From: Lingula anatina
Lineage: Eukaryota; Animalia; Brachiopoda
Assembly (NCBI GenBank): GCA_051362555.1
Contig: CM120642.1
Location: 992,001 to 1,056,000, forward strand
Direction of reading: 5' to 3'
DNA: 64,000 nucleotides
The notes below the pieces were generated by a model. It searched no databases, was not told the origin of the DNA, and worked only from the letters and a program-made list of their open reading frames with translations. The position numbers were made by a program, and so were the translations under genes. This document shows, piece by piece, positions 61,890-64,000 of this stretch (position 1 is the stretch's first letter; each line of letters opens with the position of its first letter).

Positions 61890-63008
61890 ATCATGGCACT
61901 GAAAATTAAGGGTGTCACCGACTTAAACAGTAGAAGATTTAGTTGAAGTTTTACAGCAGAAATTAGCATTATGTTATGTGCCACCATCTAAAATAATTGT
62001 TTAATGTTTCTTTTTATATGTTTATTCTCCTACCATCCATCTGATCCGCTTTCACCACAGTTTTACACTATGTTCTACATCAGTAACATCTACTCTCTGA
62101 TCAATAATATGGAAGTGTTCACATGTATATCTATGAAAGAGCACTGCTTGAATTATATCTCTTATAATCTACAGTTTATTATTAAGTGTGAAAAAATATA
62201 TCACATAATTTCCCACAGCAAAGTTTCAATGAAATATTAAGTCAGTAGCAAGTAATAACAGCATAAGGAGAACAGTATAAATGGATATGACTGATATTGT
62301 AATTTTTTGTTTCATAAACATGAAGCTACTTCATAGGCATACAGCATTGATTGTGATAATATCATTTATAGTTATAGTATACTATAATCATATGTCATGT
62401 TGTCAATAATGTTTGTTTTACAATACAATAGGACAGAATTAGGATAGAATTTGAAAACAAACATTTATGGAAAATGTAATGAATAATTTTAACTGATGAC
62501 AGTTTAGTTTTTTTAGATTTAATATTTTAATAAGGCAACAACAGTAATTCACGCCAAATTACACATTTTGTCAAGACAGTTAATCAGTTAACTTTGCGGT
62601 GCCTGGCCCACCTCGCAGACTGTAGTCATTGTTAAGAGGGTCAGTGTATGTGGCCCCAGTCTGTGAGGCTGTACCTATCTTGACCAAGTGGAAACGCCCC
62701 CTTTCAAGTCCCAGGTCTTATCAGCCACCGTGTTGGACACGTGTATTATTTCAAACAGCCATCAAAACTGAATATCTTCAGGAAACCAGATAAGAAGAAG
62801 ACCAGTGACCAACGCTGATAAAGCTCAGAATAACAAGTTTGTTTTTGGTTTCGACTCGGGGCTGCTCTCCTTTCAATTAAAATTTGTCTTTCCACTTCAG
62901 AAACTTCAGTGAATTAATTTTTCCATGCTTTTGACTCCTAAAACTTTTAAACTTTGGTCTATATTAATTCATAACAGTTATAACTGATATTCGAGCTTTA
63001 CATAAATA

Positions 63009-63178
63009 CAGGCCCGTAGCCAAGGGGGGGGTTTGGGGGGTTCGAAAGAACCACCCTTTTTGCTGGGAAAAGGTCCACTCTGGGTATAATTTGATCTATG
63101 TACTTGGGGATTTTATGGTAAAAGGTCCACTTTTTCAAAAAACGAACCCCCCCTCTAAAATTCCTGGCTACGGGCCTG
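63009..63178. mobile_element. CAGG-ended MITE with perfect 6-bp TSD (TAAATA)
   Basis: TIR CAGGCCCGTAGCCA / TGGCTACGGGCCTG. TAAATA at 63003-63008 and 63179-63184. Internal direct repeat AAAAGGTCCACT x2. Confidence 0.85.
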
Positions 63179-63753
63179 TAAATACATCATTTAACAACAC
63201 AAGAAATCCTACATTTTAATCACCTCATTAAAATAGAAAAAAAAAACATTCAATTATCACAAAAACAACAAACATCAAAACAAACACCCAAATGAGTAAC
63301 AGGCTAAACCCCACCCAACAGTCACTCCCTCCCCCACCCCTACCCCTACCCCCCCTCCTGACACCCCCAAAACTGACCACACTTTACATACCACCCTGGC
63401 TTACTGGCCACCTATAAATAAACCTGTAATGTCCATGATGACCAATTCTGGGACAATTGGTCCTAATCAGACATGTGATCATAGGGGGGCAGGCATGCTA
63501 ACTGACCATTATCTCTTCTGTCCTGTATACCTAGTGACCCTGCTCTGCTCCTTCCTTGCTACAATGACCAGACGTTTTCTCCCAAAAGTGGGGAAGAAGG
63601 GGTTAGATGAAGACACAATATCAAGCTAAATAGTGGGGATTAACTTTTTTCCCTTTTTTGTCAAAATTTCCCAGATAAATCTTTATAATAAGTAAAGAAT
63701 TCTTAAGAGAACAGAAATTGTCATTGGTTATTATTCTAATGAGAGACCACATA

Positions 63754-63757
63754 GGAG

Positions 63758-63788
<31 letters not shown>

Positions 63789-63816
63789 GAAAAAAAAAGA
63801 GAGAGAGAGAGAGAGA
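63754..63816. repeat. Imperfect (GA)n microsatellite
   Basis: Directly visible. Confidence 0.85.
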
Positions 63817-64000
63817 TACAGCTATGCATCAGTCATAGTGAAATATAACTACTGGCAGAAATACAAGTTTGGCTGTGATATAAGAAAGTGATGGCTCATT
63901 GTTCTAAACAGATATGACTAAGACATTGAGTTCATAGGAACACCTGTGTATCCTATACTCCAGGGGTAAGTGGTCAGTGAAGTCAACACACACAGGAAGG

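Overview
AT-rich, intron-rich animal genomic DNA, probably an invertebrate and possibly a lophotrochozoan (inferred from repeat types and gene structure). I assembled four protein-coding genes by hand from GT-AG junctions. (1) A small stand-alone AbfB/CBM42 beta-trefoil carbohydrate-binding protein (+, main exon 3248-3661). (2) A complete 11-coding-exon UDP-glucose 6-dehydrogenase, UGDH (-, 7047-12575, 480 aa). (3) A complete 16-exon eIF2B epsilon, EIF2B5 (+, 18271-25632, 675 aa), head-to-head with UGDH. (4) A KLF3/8/12-type Kruppel-like factor (-): zinc-finger exons at 29636-30569 and a PVDLS CtBP-motif micro-exon at 47009-47075; its start exon was not found. The rest of 30.6-64 kb looks like non-coding KLF intronic or upstream DNA with clustered GATA and CArG/Ets motifs. 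Several non-autonomous DNA transposons are visible: TWA-target PIF/Harbinger-like MITEs, a 1.09-kb element keeping a promoter and first exon inside a UGDH intron, and CAGG-ended elements with 6-bp TSDs. Splice junctions are locally duplicated four times in UGDH and EIF2B5. I recognised no rRNA, tRNA or CRISPR. No database searches were run; family assignments come from motif recognition.
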